A DNA stretch of 49,312 nucleotides from Lachnoclostridium sp. UBA1241 (GTDB lineage: Bacteria; Bacillota; Clostridia; Lachnospirales; Lachnospiraceae): assembly GCA_002308955.1 (NCBI GenBank), contig DBWJ01000046.1, forward strand, positions 1 through 49,312. The letters run 5' to 3'. Below, piece after piece: positions 16,438 to 25,296 of this stretch. Position 1 is the first letter of the stretch. Every line of letters starts with the position of its first letter. The position numbers and the translations under genes are program-made. Under the pieces are notes generated by a model, which made no database searches, was not told the DNA's origin, and was given only the letters and a program-made list of their open reading frames with translations.

Positions 16438-16507
16438 GTTATGACTTTCTTACCGGTCCATCCCCGGTTTCCGTTATGACTTCCTTACCGGTCCGTCCCC
16501 GGTCTGC
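16438..16507. repeat. 35-bp tandem duplication spanning the galK stop codon
   Basis: gttatgactttcttaccggtccatccccggtttcc (16438..16472) and gttatgacttccttaccggtccgtccccggtctgc (16473..16507) differ at 4 positions. Confidence 0.85.
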
Positions 16508-17634
16508 GCTACGTAGAAGGCGGCGTCGTATCCGATCTTACGCAGGTAGGCTTCGCCGACCTTAGCGGTAAATGCGGGAACCGCCTGCTCACGGACGAGT
16601 GCTACCGCGCAGCCGCCGAATCCTGCGCCGGTCATCCGCGCGCCGATTACGCCGTCCTGCTGCCAGGCTTCCGTAACAAGTGTATCTAACTCCTTCCCGG
16701 TCACTTCATAATCGTGACGGAGGGAGATGTGCGATTCGTTCATCAGCTGTCCGAACAAAGAAAGATTGCCGTCCCGAAGCGCTTCCGCTGCGCGGATCGT
16801 GCGGCGGTTTTCAAATACCGCGTGCTTTGCGCGTTTTCGGCACACCGGATCAACGATAGCGTCCTGCACCGCGAGGAAGCCTTCTTCGTCAAGGTCGCCG
16901 AGCGTCCTTATATCCCGGATCTTCTGAATATCGGCAAGCGCCCGCTCGCATTCGCTGCGGCGCTCGTTATACTTGGAATCGCCGAGCTTACGCTTCTTGT
17001 TGGTATTCATTATGACGATGCGCGCGCCCGTCAGGTCAAGCGGAACGTACTCATACTTAAGTGTTGCGGTATCGAGGAAGATTGCATGGTCCTTCTTCCC
17101 CATCGCGATCGCGAACTGGTCCATAATTCCGCAGTTCACGCCGATGAAGGAATTCTCCGCCGTCTGCCCGAGCTTCGCATTGGTAATCCCGTCGAAATCA
17201 AATCCGAACAGGTCCCGGATGATAAACCCGGTCAGCACCTCAATGGATGCCGAGGAGGAAAGCCCCGAGGAATTCGGAATCGTTCCGAAATACAGAATGT
17301 CCATTCCGGAATCGACTGCGTATCCGGCCTGCGCTGCTGCGAAGATCACGCCCCGCGGATAATTGCACCAGGAAAGCTCCTTCCGGTATTCCTTATCATC
17401 TAAAGATGTCTGAAGTATCCCCGCTTCCGGAAAATTGTCCGAGAAGAACCGGATGATCCGGTCATCCCTTTTCCTTGCCGCGGCATAGGTTCCGATTGTC
17501 AGCGCACACGGAAACACGTGCCCGCCGTTATAATCCGTGTGCTCTCCGATCAGATTCACACGTCCGGGGGCAAAATACTCCCGAATGTCCCCGTCAGACC
17601 CGAAGACCTGGCGGAACCGCTCTGTTATATCCAT
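16474..17634 (-). CDS. galK: Galactokinase
   Basis: FAPGRVNLIGEHTDYNGGHVFPCAL signature. GHMP kinase motif GLSSSASIE. Confidence 0.93.
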   Translation of the reverse strand: MDITERFRQVFGSDGDIREYFAPGRVNLIGEHTDYNGGHVFPCALTIGTYAAARKRDDRIIRFFSDNFPEAGILQTSLDDKEYRKELSWCNYPRGVIFAAAQAGYAVDSGMDILYFGTIPNSSGLSSSASIEVLTGFIIRDLFGFDFDGITNAKLGQTAENSFIGVNCGIMDQFAIAMGKKDHAIFLDTATLKYEYVPLDLTGARIVIMNTNKKRKLGDSKYNERRSECERALADIQKIRDIRTLGDLDEEGFLAVQDAIVDPVCRKRAKHAVFENRRTIRAAEALRDGNLSLFGQLMNESHISLRHDYEVTGKELDTLVTEAWQQDGVIGARMTGAGFGGCAVALVREQAVPAFTAKVGEAYLRKIGYDAAFYVAQTGDGPVRKS

Positions 17635-17642
17635 ACAAACTC

Positions 17643-19574
17643 CTACTTATTCGTCACGGCGGAAGGGTCGCGGATAATCTGCCGCGTCGCTCTGCGCGCA
17701 TTTTTCTCTTCGTACATGCGGTCGTCACTGATGGTCATCCATTCGCCGAGGGATTTGCCGGCGGCCGGATCCACAATCACGTACCCGAAGCTTGCCTGTA
17801 CGATATACGGTCTTCCCGACCGGCTGTTATAGTCATCAAGGAATGCCCGGAAACGTTCCCGGTATTCAAGAACCATCTCTTCGTTATAGTTCAGTGCAAG
17901 CATCTGGAATTCGTCGCCGCCGACCCGGTAACAGGTCTCGTTGCTGTAGCAGGCGGCCGACATGGCATTTGCAATCGCGCGAAGCGCAAGGTCTCCGAAG
18001 GAGTGGCCGAAGGAGTCATTGATGTCCTTAAGGCCGTCCATGTCGATTCCGACGATGGCCATCGGCTGCTTCCGACGCAGCGCCATCTCATAAAGGGTTT
18101 CACTTTTCTGCTCGAAACCGCGACGGTTGGAAAGGCCGGTCAAAACATCGCTTACATACAGATGCTGCAGCTCGTTAATCAGCGTTTCCTTCTTCATGTT
18201 CGAGCGGATTTCCTCAAGCGCCGAGCAGATATTGGTGATGAAGCACTGGAAGAAATTGTTCGGAAGGTTGTCGCCGGTATACGTCATAACGCCGTATCCG
18301 AGGCAGTCGTCGTGGTAATGAAGCGGCACAAGGTAATAGCCGCACGGATCATCGCACACATATTCCTCCGGCAGAATGTCCCCGATTTCGAAAACATGGT
18401 CCACGTGGCCGAGAAGACGGTTCTCGCGGATTGCCGTCCGAAGATGCATCATCGGTGTGAAGCCGCGGAATTCCTCCGGCTCCTGAGTCCGCCAGTCATA
18501 GTCGTTAAGGATCAGATAAAAATCCCTTACACCGTCGTTCTGGTTAACGGAGGAATAGATAACATTATTCAGTTCGTCGAGGTCTTTCGCTTTCTCGGCG
18601 TTGATGCTCATGAACATCGACTGGTAAAGAAGCGAGCGCATCCGCTGCCCGGACTCGTAGTATTTTCTTACCGTCGCCTCCAACTGCGCCTGGTTGCGCG
18701 TACCGCATCCGCAGGATTCACGGACAACGATATGCGTCGGGATGTAGGTAATCTCCGGAACCTTCTCGCCGTCTTCCATCAGACGGATTGCTTCGATGGC
18801 TTTCTCTGCCATTTCCGGCACGTTTACGCGAACGGATGTCAGCGTAGGCGCCGTCGCGTCGGTTTCCGAAATATCGTCAAATCCGGTAACCGCAATGTCC
18901 TGCGGAACCCGGATGCCGCGGCGCTGCAACTCGTTGATGACGGAGATTGCCATATAGTCGTTCGCACAGACGATTACCTGCGGGAATTTCTTCCGGTCCG
19001 TCAGAAGATAATCGAGCGCGTCCGGGCCGGTATCGCGCCAGAAGTTTCCGTAATAGATGTCTTCCTCGCCGACCGAAATCCCGTAGCGGTCCATCACGCG
19101 GAGGAAACAGCTCAGACGGTTCTTCGCGTCCACATGCTCCCGAGGTCCGTTGATGAAACAGATATCCCGGTAGTTGTGCTCCTCGACGAGATGCGTAAGA
19201 ATGCTCTCCATCGAGTTCTTGTCGTCCACAAGGATGCTGCAGTAATGCTCCACCTGACGGCGTACGCAGACGACCGGACATGTCGCCTGTTCCTTTACAC
19301 GCTGCACGATCTTATCGGCAACGGCTTTATTCTCAAAGGTATCAATCGCAAGAACGATACCGTCCATCTGCGAAAAATCAGGGAGGTCCGCAATATAGGA
19401 CTCACCGATATCGTAAGCTTCGTTATTGCCGTACTTGCCGAAGCACGAGTAAACAAGCGCGTAGTACCCGCACTCTCTCGCCTTCGACACCAGACGTCGA
19501 AGAAGCATATACTGATACTCCGCCGAGCCGCGGCTGATCAGAATCGCAATCTTCTTTTTCTGCCCCAAATTCAT
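17643..19574 (-). CDS. Cytoplasmic LacI/GalR-type ligand-binding core (no HTH) fused to a GGDEF diguanylate cyclase domain
   Basis: N-terminal PBP type-1 fold: KIAILISR...ICFINGP...VCANDYMAISVINELQRRGIRVPQDIAVTGFDDI...PTLTSV. C-terminal domain LTGLSNRRGF...YRVGGDEFQML has an intact GGDEF signature. No TM segment or signal peptide. Confidence 0.85.
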   Translation of the reverse strand: MNLGQKKKIAILISRGSAEYQYMLLRRLVSKARECGYYALVYSCFGKYGNNEAYDIGESYIADLPDFSQMDGIVLAIDTFENKAVADKIVQRVKEQATCPVVCVRRQVEHYCSILVDDKNSMESILTHLVEEHNYRDICFINGPREHVDAKNRLSCFLRVMDRYGISVGEEDIYYGNFWRDTGPDALDYLLTDRKKFPQVIVCANDYMAISVINELQRRGIRVPQDIAVTGFDDISETDATAPTLTSVRVNVPEMAEKAIEAIRLMEDGEKVPEITYIPTHIVVRESCGCGTRNQAQLEATVRKYYESGQRMRSLLYQSMFMSINAEKAKDLDELNNVIYSSVNQNDGVRDFYLILNDYDWRTQEPEEFRGFTPMMHLRTAIRENRLLGHVDHVFEIGDILPEEYVCDDPCGYYLVPLHYHDDCLGYGVMTYTGDNLPNNFFQCFITNICSALEEIRSNMKKETLINELQHLYVSDVLTGLSNRRGFEQKSETLYEMALRRKQPMAIVGIDMDGLKDINDSFGHSFGDLALRAIANAMSAACYSNETCYRVGGDEFQMLALNYNEEMVLEYRERFRAFLDDYNSRSGRPYIVQASFGYVIVDPAAGKSLGEWMTISDDRMYEEKNARRATRQIIRDPSAVTNK

Positions 19575-19781
19575 ACTCTATCCTCCAAAAACGGTCCCCA
19601 ACAGCCCCATCCGCGCAAAATGCCACAAAACACAGACGTTTCCGAGTACTATATTACAATGGAAATTCGGATAATTCAACTTAAAAATCGAAATTTTTAG
19701 GATTTTTTGCAATAAAAGTATACATTTTGGATTTTTGATGATATACTTTTTGAAAAAAGATATTGACAAAGGAGAAAAACC

Positions 19782-20303
19782 TTGTCCAATAAGGCTCGAG
19801 ACGACATTTATTATATGAAAAAAGCCCTTCATCAGGCGGAACGCGCCGCCGCAATGGGAGAAGTACCCATCGGTTGCGTCATTCTCTATGAAGGGCGTAT
19901 TATAGGACGCGGGTTCAACCTTCGGAAGACCAAGCACACAACGCTTGCCCACGCCGAGATCACGGCGATCCGTCAGGCCTGCAAGGTCATCGGCGACTGG
20001 CGGCTTGAGGGCTGCACCATGTATGTGACATTGGAACCTTGCCAGATGTGCGCCGGTGCCATCGTACAGTCGCGGCTCGACCGGGTTGTCATCGGTACCG
20101 ATAACCCGAAGGCAGGCTGCGCAGGCTCTATCCTGAACCTGCTTCAAATGAAAGAGTTCAACCATCAGGTGGAGATTACCCGCGGCGTATTAAAGGATTC
20201 CTGCAGCGAAATCCTGCAGACCTTCTTTAAGGAAATGCGGGCGCGCGAAGCAGAAAACCGCTCCGCTTCCGGTAGACTTTTCCCTGCGGAAGAGGTAGAA
20301 TAA
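19782..20303 (+). CDS. tadA: tRNA adenosine(34) deaminase
   Basis: HAEITAIRQA and LEPCQMCAGA zinc-binding motifs. TTG start lies 8 nt after AGGAG; ATG 19815 is an alternative. Confidence 0.9.
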   Translation: MSNKARDDIYYMKKALHQAERAAAMGEVPIGCVILYEGRIIGRGFNLRKTKHTTLAHAEITAIRQACKVIGDWRLEGCTMYVTLEPCQMCAGAIVQSRLDRVVIGTDNPKAGCAGSILNLLQMKEFNHQVEITRGVLKDSCSEILQTFFKEMRAREAENRSASGRLFPAEEVE

Positions 20304-20384
20304 CCTGTGTGGGGCTGTTCGGATGCGTCGGCTTAAGCCGGCGAGGCAGCACAGAAATGTTGCAATAAACTGAGAGGTTTTGTC

Positions 20385-21083
20385 ATGCAGATTCACGGCT
20401 TACAAAAACTGACTTTACTGGACTTTCCGGGGCATATCGCCTGCACCGTTTTCACGGGCGGGTGCAATTTCCGCTGCCCTTTCTGTCATAACGGCGGGCT
20501 CGTGCTCGAGCCCGAGAAGGCTCCGCTTATTCCCGAAGAGGAATTCTTCGCGTTCCTCGAAAGCCGCAAGGGACGGCTCGAGGGCGTTGCGGTGACCGGC
20601 GGGGAGCCGACCGTCAACGGAGATCTTCCGGAGTTTCTGAAACGGATAAAGGACATGGGATTTGCCGTCAAGCTGGACTCTAACGGCCAGAATCCCGACA
20701 TGCTTGAGCGGATTATAAAGGAAGGCCTTGCGGATTACGTCGCGATGGACATCAAAAACTCGCGGGAGCGCTACGGAGAGACCATCGGCATCCCGAACTT
20801 CCGCACCGACCGCGTGGAGAGAAGCGTCCGGCTCCTGATGGAGAGCGGCGTTTCGTACGAATTCCGTACGACGCTCACCGAGGAGCTGCATGACGAGGCT
20901 TCGATCGCCGCCATCGGACAGTGGATCGCGGGCGCGGAAGCTTACTTTCTCCAGTCCTACCGGGATTCCGAGGAGATTCTGATGCCCGGTAAATTCCATG
21001 CGCCTTCGAAGGAGACGCTGGAGCGTTACCTCGAAATCCTCCGACCGCTCGTGCCGTCGGTATCTTTACGAGGCAGGGACTAG
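20385..21083 (+). CDS. nrdG: Anaerobic ribonucleoside-triphosphate reductase activating protein-type radical SAM enzyme
   Basis: LTLLDFPGHIACTVFTGGCNFRCPFCHNGGLV and GVAVTGGEPT are typical of the roughly 230-aa NrdG family. No nrdD is present in the window. Confidence 0.75.
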   Translation: MQIHGLQKLTLLDFPGHIACTVFTGGCNFRCPFCHNGGLVLEPEKAPLIPEEEFFAFLESRKGRLEGVAVTGGEPTVNGDLPEFLKRIKDMGFAVKLDSNGQNPDMLERIIKEGLADYVAMDIKNSRERYGETIGIPNFRTDRVERSVRLLMESGVSYEFRTTLTEELHDEASIAAIGQWIAGAEAYFLQSYRDSEEILMPGKFHAPSKETLERYLEILRPLVPSVSLRGRD

Positions 21084-21382
21084 CTTTCTCTCGTTTCTCC
21101 GATGCTATAGAACGGCAAATTCCTACTGTTTTTCTATATTTGACATTTCGTGGGATTAAGGTTCTGTCTTTTTCCCACGAGATTGGCTCAACGAATAATA
21201 CCATGGGAACGCGGAAAATCGAGACCGCCCACTAAATGCTTCAAACCCTCTTTTTCGTAGGTATTTCCGTTTATTTCTGTCCTACGGAAAATGTGAAACC
21301 GCTTGTTTAGTGAGAAATTGAAAAAGAAGAGCACAGAAAATGAGCATAAACAGCCCGCAAAGGGCACAAAGGCAAGAAGAAT

Positions 21383-21416
21383 GGGCCGTCGCTTAATGCG
21401 ACGGCCCTATTGTTTC
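21383..21416. terminator. Bidirectional Rho-independent terminator
   Basis: GGGCCGUCGC-UUAA-UGCGACGGCCC followed by UAUUGUUU on the + strand and by AUUCUUCUU on the - strand. It sits just downstream of the AI-2E gene stop. Confidence 0.7.
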
Positions 21417-21440
21417 AGAACTTATTCGGTTTTCGAATTA

Positions 21441-23051
21441 TTACACGTTCTTCACGTCCGAATCCACAACTTCCACAGCGGCAGCTTCCTCAATTATTTC
21501 TTCCGCTATTTCTTCTGCGGCGGAAACTTCCTCAGCTATTACCTCTTCCGCTATTTCATCCGCATCGGGGTCTGCGATCACATTTTCCGCAATCAGGTCT
21601 TCTGCCGTGATCTCGGCGGAGGGTTCCGATGTGCCATCAAAGTCGTCCGTAAGGTCTTCCGCAAGGTCCTGCACCAGTGTCTGGTTGCTTTCCTTCACGA
21701 GAACCGCGCCGGGCGTTGTGATGTATGCTGAGGTGTCCTTCGGCAGGTTCTTCTCCACGAGTCTCACTTCAAGGTAAGACTTCAGGATCGAGTATACAAG
21801 GGCGAAGGTCGGAACCGCAATCAGCATTCCGAGAATACCCCAGAGTTTCGAGAACATCGTACATGCAAGGAGTACGTAAATCGGCTTCATGCCGACCTTC
21901 TTGCCGACAATGTGCGGATCCAGGTAGTTTCCGTCGAACTGCTGCAGCACAAGGATGAACGCCGCGAAGATCAGTCCGTCAAGCGGGTGTACGCAGAAAA
22001 TCAATAACGCACAGGGAATTCCTCCGATGAACGGTCCGAAGAACGGAATGACGTTCGTCACGCCGACTACGATACTTACAAGGCCTTTATACTGCGCGAT
22101 ACCTTCGAAGAAGATACCGAGGATGTTCGCTCCGATGAAACAGAGCATTCCGATAACCGCCGAGTCGAGAATCTTTCCGAGGATTGCCGTCGAGAAGATT
22201 CCGTTGGCCTTATGGAGCGTCTGCACCGTTACCTTTGCGGTCTTCTTCGGGAAGACTGCGAAAATGATCTTCTTGGCAAGACCGATCAGGTACTCTTTAT
22301 CCTTCAGCATATAGATAGCGAAGATGAGACCAATCAGCAGATTGAAGACGAGCTTCAAGGTTGCCGTAACGGCGTTCTTCAGAAGTCCGGCGGACATCGT
22401 CATGATGTCGGTCAGCCGGTTCTTCAGGAAATCTTCGAGGCCCTTCGTGAAGTTCTCGATAATCGGTGTAAGCGCGTCTTCAACAACCTTATTCCTTGCT
22501 ATGAGTTTCTCCATGAATTCACGGAGATATTCACCGTATTCAGGCAGGTTCTCAATCAGGGTGCCGATACTTGAAAGGAATTCCGGGATGATTGCGACGA
22601 ACAGGAGAACGAACAGCGTCAGCACCATAAAAACGGTGATCAGAATCGCAAATCCGCGGGAACGTCCGCGAACGCGGGCTTCTTTCTTCTCCGGCGTCTC
22701 ACCCTTCTTTGCCTTCCGGTTCATTCCGAGCCGGATGAAATGCTTTTCCAAAAAGCGGACAATCGGGTTCATCAAAAAGGCGATGCAGAAGCCCCAGATT
22801 GCCGTGGATATTGCCCCGACAAATCTCTTAAGTCCTGCGGCTACAGACGGAAGAGAATGCAGAAAATAATAGAATAAAAGCGCTCCTACAAGCACCAGAA
22901 AAGCCGCGGCAGCCTGTCCGCGGTATGCGCGTGCGCGGGAGAAGGCTCCCTTCAGCCCTTTCCGCTCCTTTCTTCTGCGTGACTGTTTGAAATCGTCGTC
23001 ATTCGGCGTTTCTTCCGTCACTTCCTGCTCCTGAAGTTTTTCGTCGTCCAT
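21441..23051 (-). CDS. AI-2E family transporter (UPF0118/PerM-like) with an acidic repetitive C-terminal tail
   Basis: Polytopic core with VIPFFGPFIGGIPCALL. C-terminal tail reads EEIAEEVIAEEVSAAEEIAEEIIEE. Confidence 0.85.
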   Translation of the reverse strand: MDDEKLQEQEVTEETPNDDDFKQSRRRKERKGLKGAFSRARAYRGQAAAAFLVLVGALLFYYFLHSLPSVAAGLKRFVGAISTAIWGFCIAFLMNPIVRFLEKHFIRLGMNRKAKKGETPEKKEARVRGRSRGFAILITVFMVLTLFVLLFVAIIPEFLSSIGTLIENLPEYGEYLREFMEKLIARNKVVEDALTPIIENFTKGLEDFLKNRLTDIMTMSAGLLKNAVTATLKLVFNLLIGLIFAIYMLKDKEYLIGLAKKIIFAVFPKKTAKVTVQTLHKANGIFSTAILGKILDSAVIGMLCFIGANILGIFFEGIAQYKGLVSIVVGVTNVIPFFGPFIGGIPCALLIFCVHPLDGLIFAAFILVLQQFDGNYLDPHIVGKKVGMKPIYVLLACTMFSKLWGILGMLIAVPTFALVYSILKSYLEVRLVEKNLPKDTSAYITTPGAVLVKESNQTLVQDLAEDLTDDFDGTSEPSAEITAEDLIAENVIADPDADEIAEEVIAEEVSAAEEIAEEIIEEAAAVEVVDSDVKNV

Positions 23052-23100
23052 GACTTCCTCCCCTGCCGCTTTCGGGCGGCAAATCTGTCTGCAGCGTAAC

Positions 23101-23232
23101 CCCGGCCCTGTCCGGGAATCTGACTATCCCGGTTCCGTCCCGGGAATTGAATCGTCCCGGCCCTGTCCGGGAATCTGACTATCCCGGTTCCGTCCCGGGA
23201 ATTGAATCGTCCCGGCTCAGTGCCGGAATCGT
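23101..23232. repeat. Tandem 55-bp repeat (2 identical copies plus a degenerate partial copy) made of short CCCGG..CCGGG hairpins
   Basis: 23101..23155 and 23156..23210 are identical. 23211..23232 is degenerate. Each unit contains two CCCGG-N6/7-CCGGGAAT sub-units. Confidence 0.9.
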
Positions 23233-23243
23233 TTTATCTCCTG

Positions 23244-23891
23244 TTATGCCCAGGGATTGGCTTCGTTGGCCGGGCGGATTCCCATCAGGAGTCCCTGCCA
23301 GGTATGAATGAACCACTCACCCGTGGACGGTTTCGTGCGAAGCGTTACCTTGCGGTCGTTGTCCGCTCCGCCGCTCGGAATGTAAAGGCTTACATAGCCC
23401 TCGTTCCGGGTATCGTAGCTGTACGGATTGTCGTGAACCGTAATTCTATAAGGAAGCTCAGGCGTGTAGTTGTTCTGCGGAGTCGCGCCCTTGAAGTAGG
23501 ACTTCACGGTGTACTTCGCGCTCTCCATGAACTGGTTCCGGATCAGCTGCTGGTCAATCACCGCAACGGCATCCGGGCCGTTCAGCCAGTCCATCATCCG
23601 GATGCACTCGTCCGGATTCTCTTCATATACGTTGAGGGCGAGAACCGTAAGCGCCGCCGTCTCGAAGAAATCCTGCGGGCTTACCTGCAAAGCCTTCAGC
23701 TCCTCAAGCGTCTTCGGAAGGGCGTTGTAGGTAAACTCCCTGGTAAGCATGGTATAGTTCTTGACAGCCTGGTTCACCGCCTGATTGACTTCTCCGGCAA
23801 CCTGATTCACTGCCTTTCGCTCCGCCTGGTTCACAACCTGCCTCGTAATGGCTTCTCCGGTTCTCTTCAGAATGCTGTCAAATAATCCCAT
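23244..23891 (-). CDS. Hypothetical protein, last gene of the SPFH/zinc-ribbon operon
   Basis: 215 aa. N-terminal amphipathic repeat region MGLFDSILKR...VNQAERKAVNQVAGEVNQAVNQAV followed by a globular part. I recognise no family. Confidence 0.6.
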   Translation of the reverse strand: MGLFDSILKRTGEAITRQVVNQAERKAVNQVAGEVNQAVNQAVKNYTMLTREFTYNALPKTLEELKALQVSPQDFFETAALTVLALNVYEENPDECIRMMDWLNGPDAVAVIDQQLIRNQFMESAKYTVKSYFKGATPQNNYTPELPYRITVHDNPYSYDTRNEGYVSLYIPSGGADNDRKVTLRTKPSTGEWFIHTWQGLLMGIRPANEANPWA

Positions 23892-23971
23892 AATCCGCTC
23901 CTTCTCCTTACGCTTTTATAACGCCGGCCGGACACAGCGCCCGGCCGGCAAATGTTACAATTCTTCTTTCT

Positions 23972-25267
23972 TTATGCCATCGGCTTGCCGCACTGCGGGC
24001 AGAACTTCGGGCTCTCGCCCTCGGGTGCCTGATATCCGCAGGAACCGCAAATCGCCTTCTTGGCTTCGGGCTTCTTCGTTCCGCAGTTGGTGCAGAAGTT
24101 GCCGTTTACTTCCTGGCCGCAGGTCGGGCAGGTCCAGCTTCCTGCAGGAGCGGGCTTCTTGGCGCCGCAGTTCGTGCAGAAGTTACCGGTTGCCGTAGCG
24201 CCGCAGTTCGGACAGGTCCAGCCGTTCTGAGCGGGAGCCTGCTGCTGTTGCTGCTGAGCACCCATAGCGTAAAGGTTGGCTGCGGTATTCGCTCCGCCGC
24301 CCATGCCGTTCACCATGCCAACGCCCATAAGACCGGCTGCTGCGCCGTTCGGGTTCTTGGCTGCGGCAACAACTGCCTCGGCCTGTGCGCCGATGGTAGC
24401 TGCAGCGCCCATCGTAGGATCACGGTACATAGCGTTACGCTGAGCAATCTTGATCATCTCGGCATCCTCATCCGGAAGGGTAACGGTACCGAGTGCTACG
24501 TTAACAACATTCAAACCGCGGAAGCTGCCCCATTTTGCGGAAAGAACTTCGTTCATGGCTTCCTCAAGGTCTGTGTTATGAGCAATAATCTGGTTCGGAC
24601 GAAGCTCCATATCGGAAAGCTTTGCAAGAGCCGGCTGAAGGGCGCTGATGAACTCGGTCTTCAGCATATTGTCAAGCTCGGAACGACGATATTCGCCGGT
24701 TACATTTCCGCAAACGTTCGTGTAGAACAGAAGCGGATCTGCGATTCTGTAGGAATATACGCCTGCGCAGCGAAGGGATACGTCTACGTCAAGACCGATC
24801 TTGGAATCCACAACACGGAACGGAACCGGATTCGGGGTACCGAATTTGTTGTCCAGGATTTCCTTGGTGTTGAAGTAGTAAACTCTCTGATCCTTTCCGG
24901 TGTCACCGCCGTAAGCGAAACGCTTTCCGATGGTCTTGAAGGTGTTCAGAATGCCCTGGCCGAGGCCGCCGGTGAAGATACTGGGCTCGGTGGAAGCGTC
25001 CCATGTGAATTCGCCGGGCTCTGCGCAGAACTCAACAACCTTACCCTGCTCAACAATGATCATGGCCTGGCCGTCTGCTACGGCGATGCCGGATCCGTTC
25101 GAGATAATGTTGTCGTTGCCCTTCGTGTTGGAGGAACGGCTGCCGATCTGCTTCTGGCCCTTGGTAACCAGAACGTCCTTATCCATTGCTTCGCAATAGA
25201 AGAACTCCTTCCACTGATCCGCAAGCGTGCCGCCTGCCGCACCCAATAAAGCTTTGATAAGTCCCAT
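23972..25267 (-). CDS. SPFH-superfamily protein of the YdjI ('virion core protein-like') type with three C-terminal zinc ribbons
   Basis: N-terminus MGLIKALLGAAGGTLADQWKEFFYCEAM...IISNGSGIAVADGQAMIIVEQGKVVEF is YdjI-like. C-terminal ribbons: CPNCG..FCTNCG, CPTCG..FCTNCG, CGSCG..FCPQCG. Confidence 0.8.
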   Translation of the reverse strand: MGLIKALLGAAGGTLADQWKEFFYCEAMDKDVLVTKGQKQIGSRSSNTKGNDNIISNGSGIAVADGQAMIIVEQGKVVEFCAEPGEFTWDASTEPSIFTGGLGQGILNTFKTIGKRFAYGGDTGKDQRVYYFNTKEILDNKFGTPNPVPFRVVDSKIGLDVDVSLRCAGVYSYRIADPLLFYTNVCGNVTGEYRRSELDNMLKTEFISALQPALAKLSDMELRPNQIIAHNTDLEEAMNEVLSAKWGSFRGLNVVNVALGTVTLPDEDAEMIKIAQRNAMYRDPTMGAAATIGAQAEAVVAAAKNPNGAAAGLMGVGMVNGMGGGANTAANLYAMGAQQQQQQAPAQNGWTCPNCGATATGNFCTNCGAKKPAPAGSWTCPTCGQEVNGNFCTNCGTKKPEAKKAICGSCGYQAPEGESPKFCPQCGKPMA

Positions 25268-25296
25268 AGTAAAAATCTCCTTTCAAAATCAAACCG

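Noticed and set aside
14231-16444. 737-aa + strand ORF.
   Set aside because: It is antisense to the HTH-PAS-GGDEF-EAL gene, which has clear domain motifs. The product is R/V/L/H-rich with no recognisable motifs. It is a typical shadow ORF of a GC-rich coding strand.
17475-19700. 741-aa + strand ORF.
   Set aside because: It is antisense to galK and the PBP1-GGDEF gene, both of which have unambiguous signatures. It has no motifs and no RBS.
20304-20384. SRP (4.5S/scRNA) gene, often found downstream of tadA in Firmicutes; the hairpin CGUCGGC-UUAA-GCCGGCG with a flanking GAGGCAGC loosely resembles SRP domain IV.
   Set aside because: Only 81 nt are available. The tetraloop is UUAA, not GNRA. The conserved GGAAGCAGC / AGGUC loop motifs are not matched. 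It is probably just a tadA 3' hairpin.
21084-21440. Possible mobile-element or transposase remnant in the long non-coding gap.
   Set aside because: No inverted terminal repeats, target-site duplication or transposase-like translated fragments were seen in any frame I read. It is kept only as an unexplained non-coding region.
24248-25249. 333-aa + strand ORF.
   Set aside because: It is antisense to the SPFH/YdjI-like gene and has no motifs.
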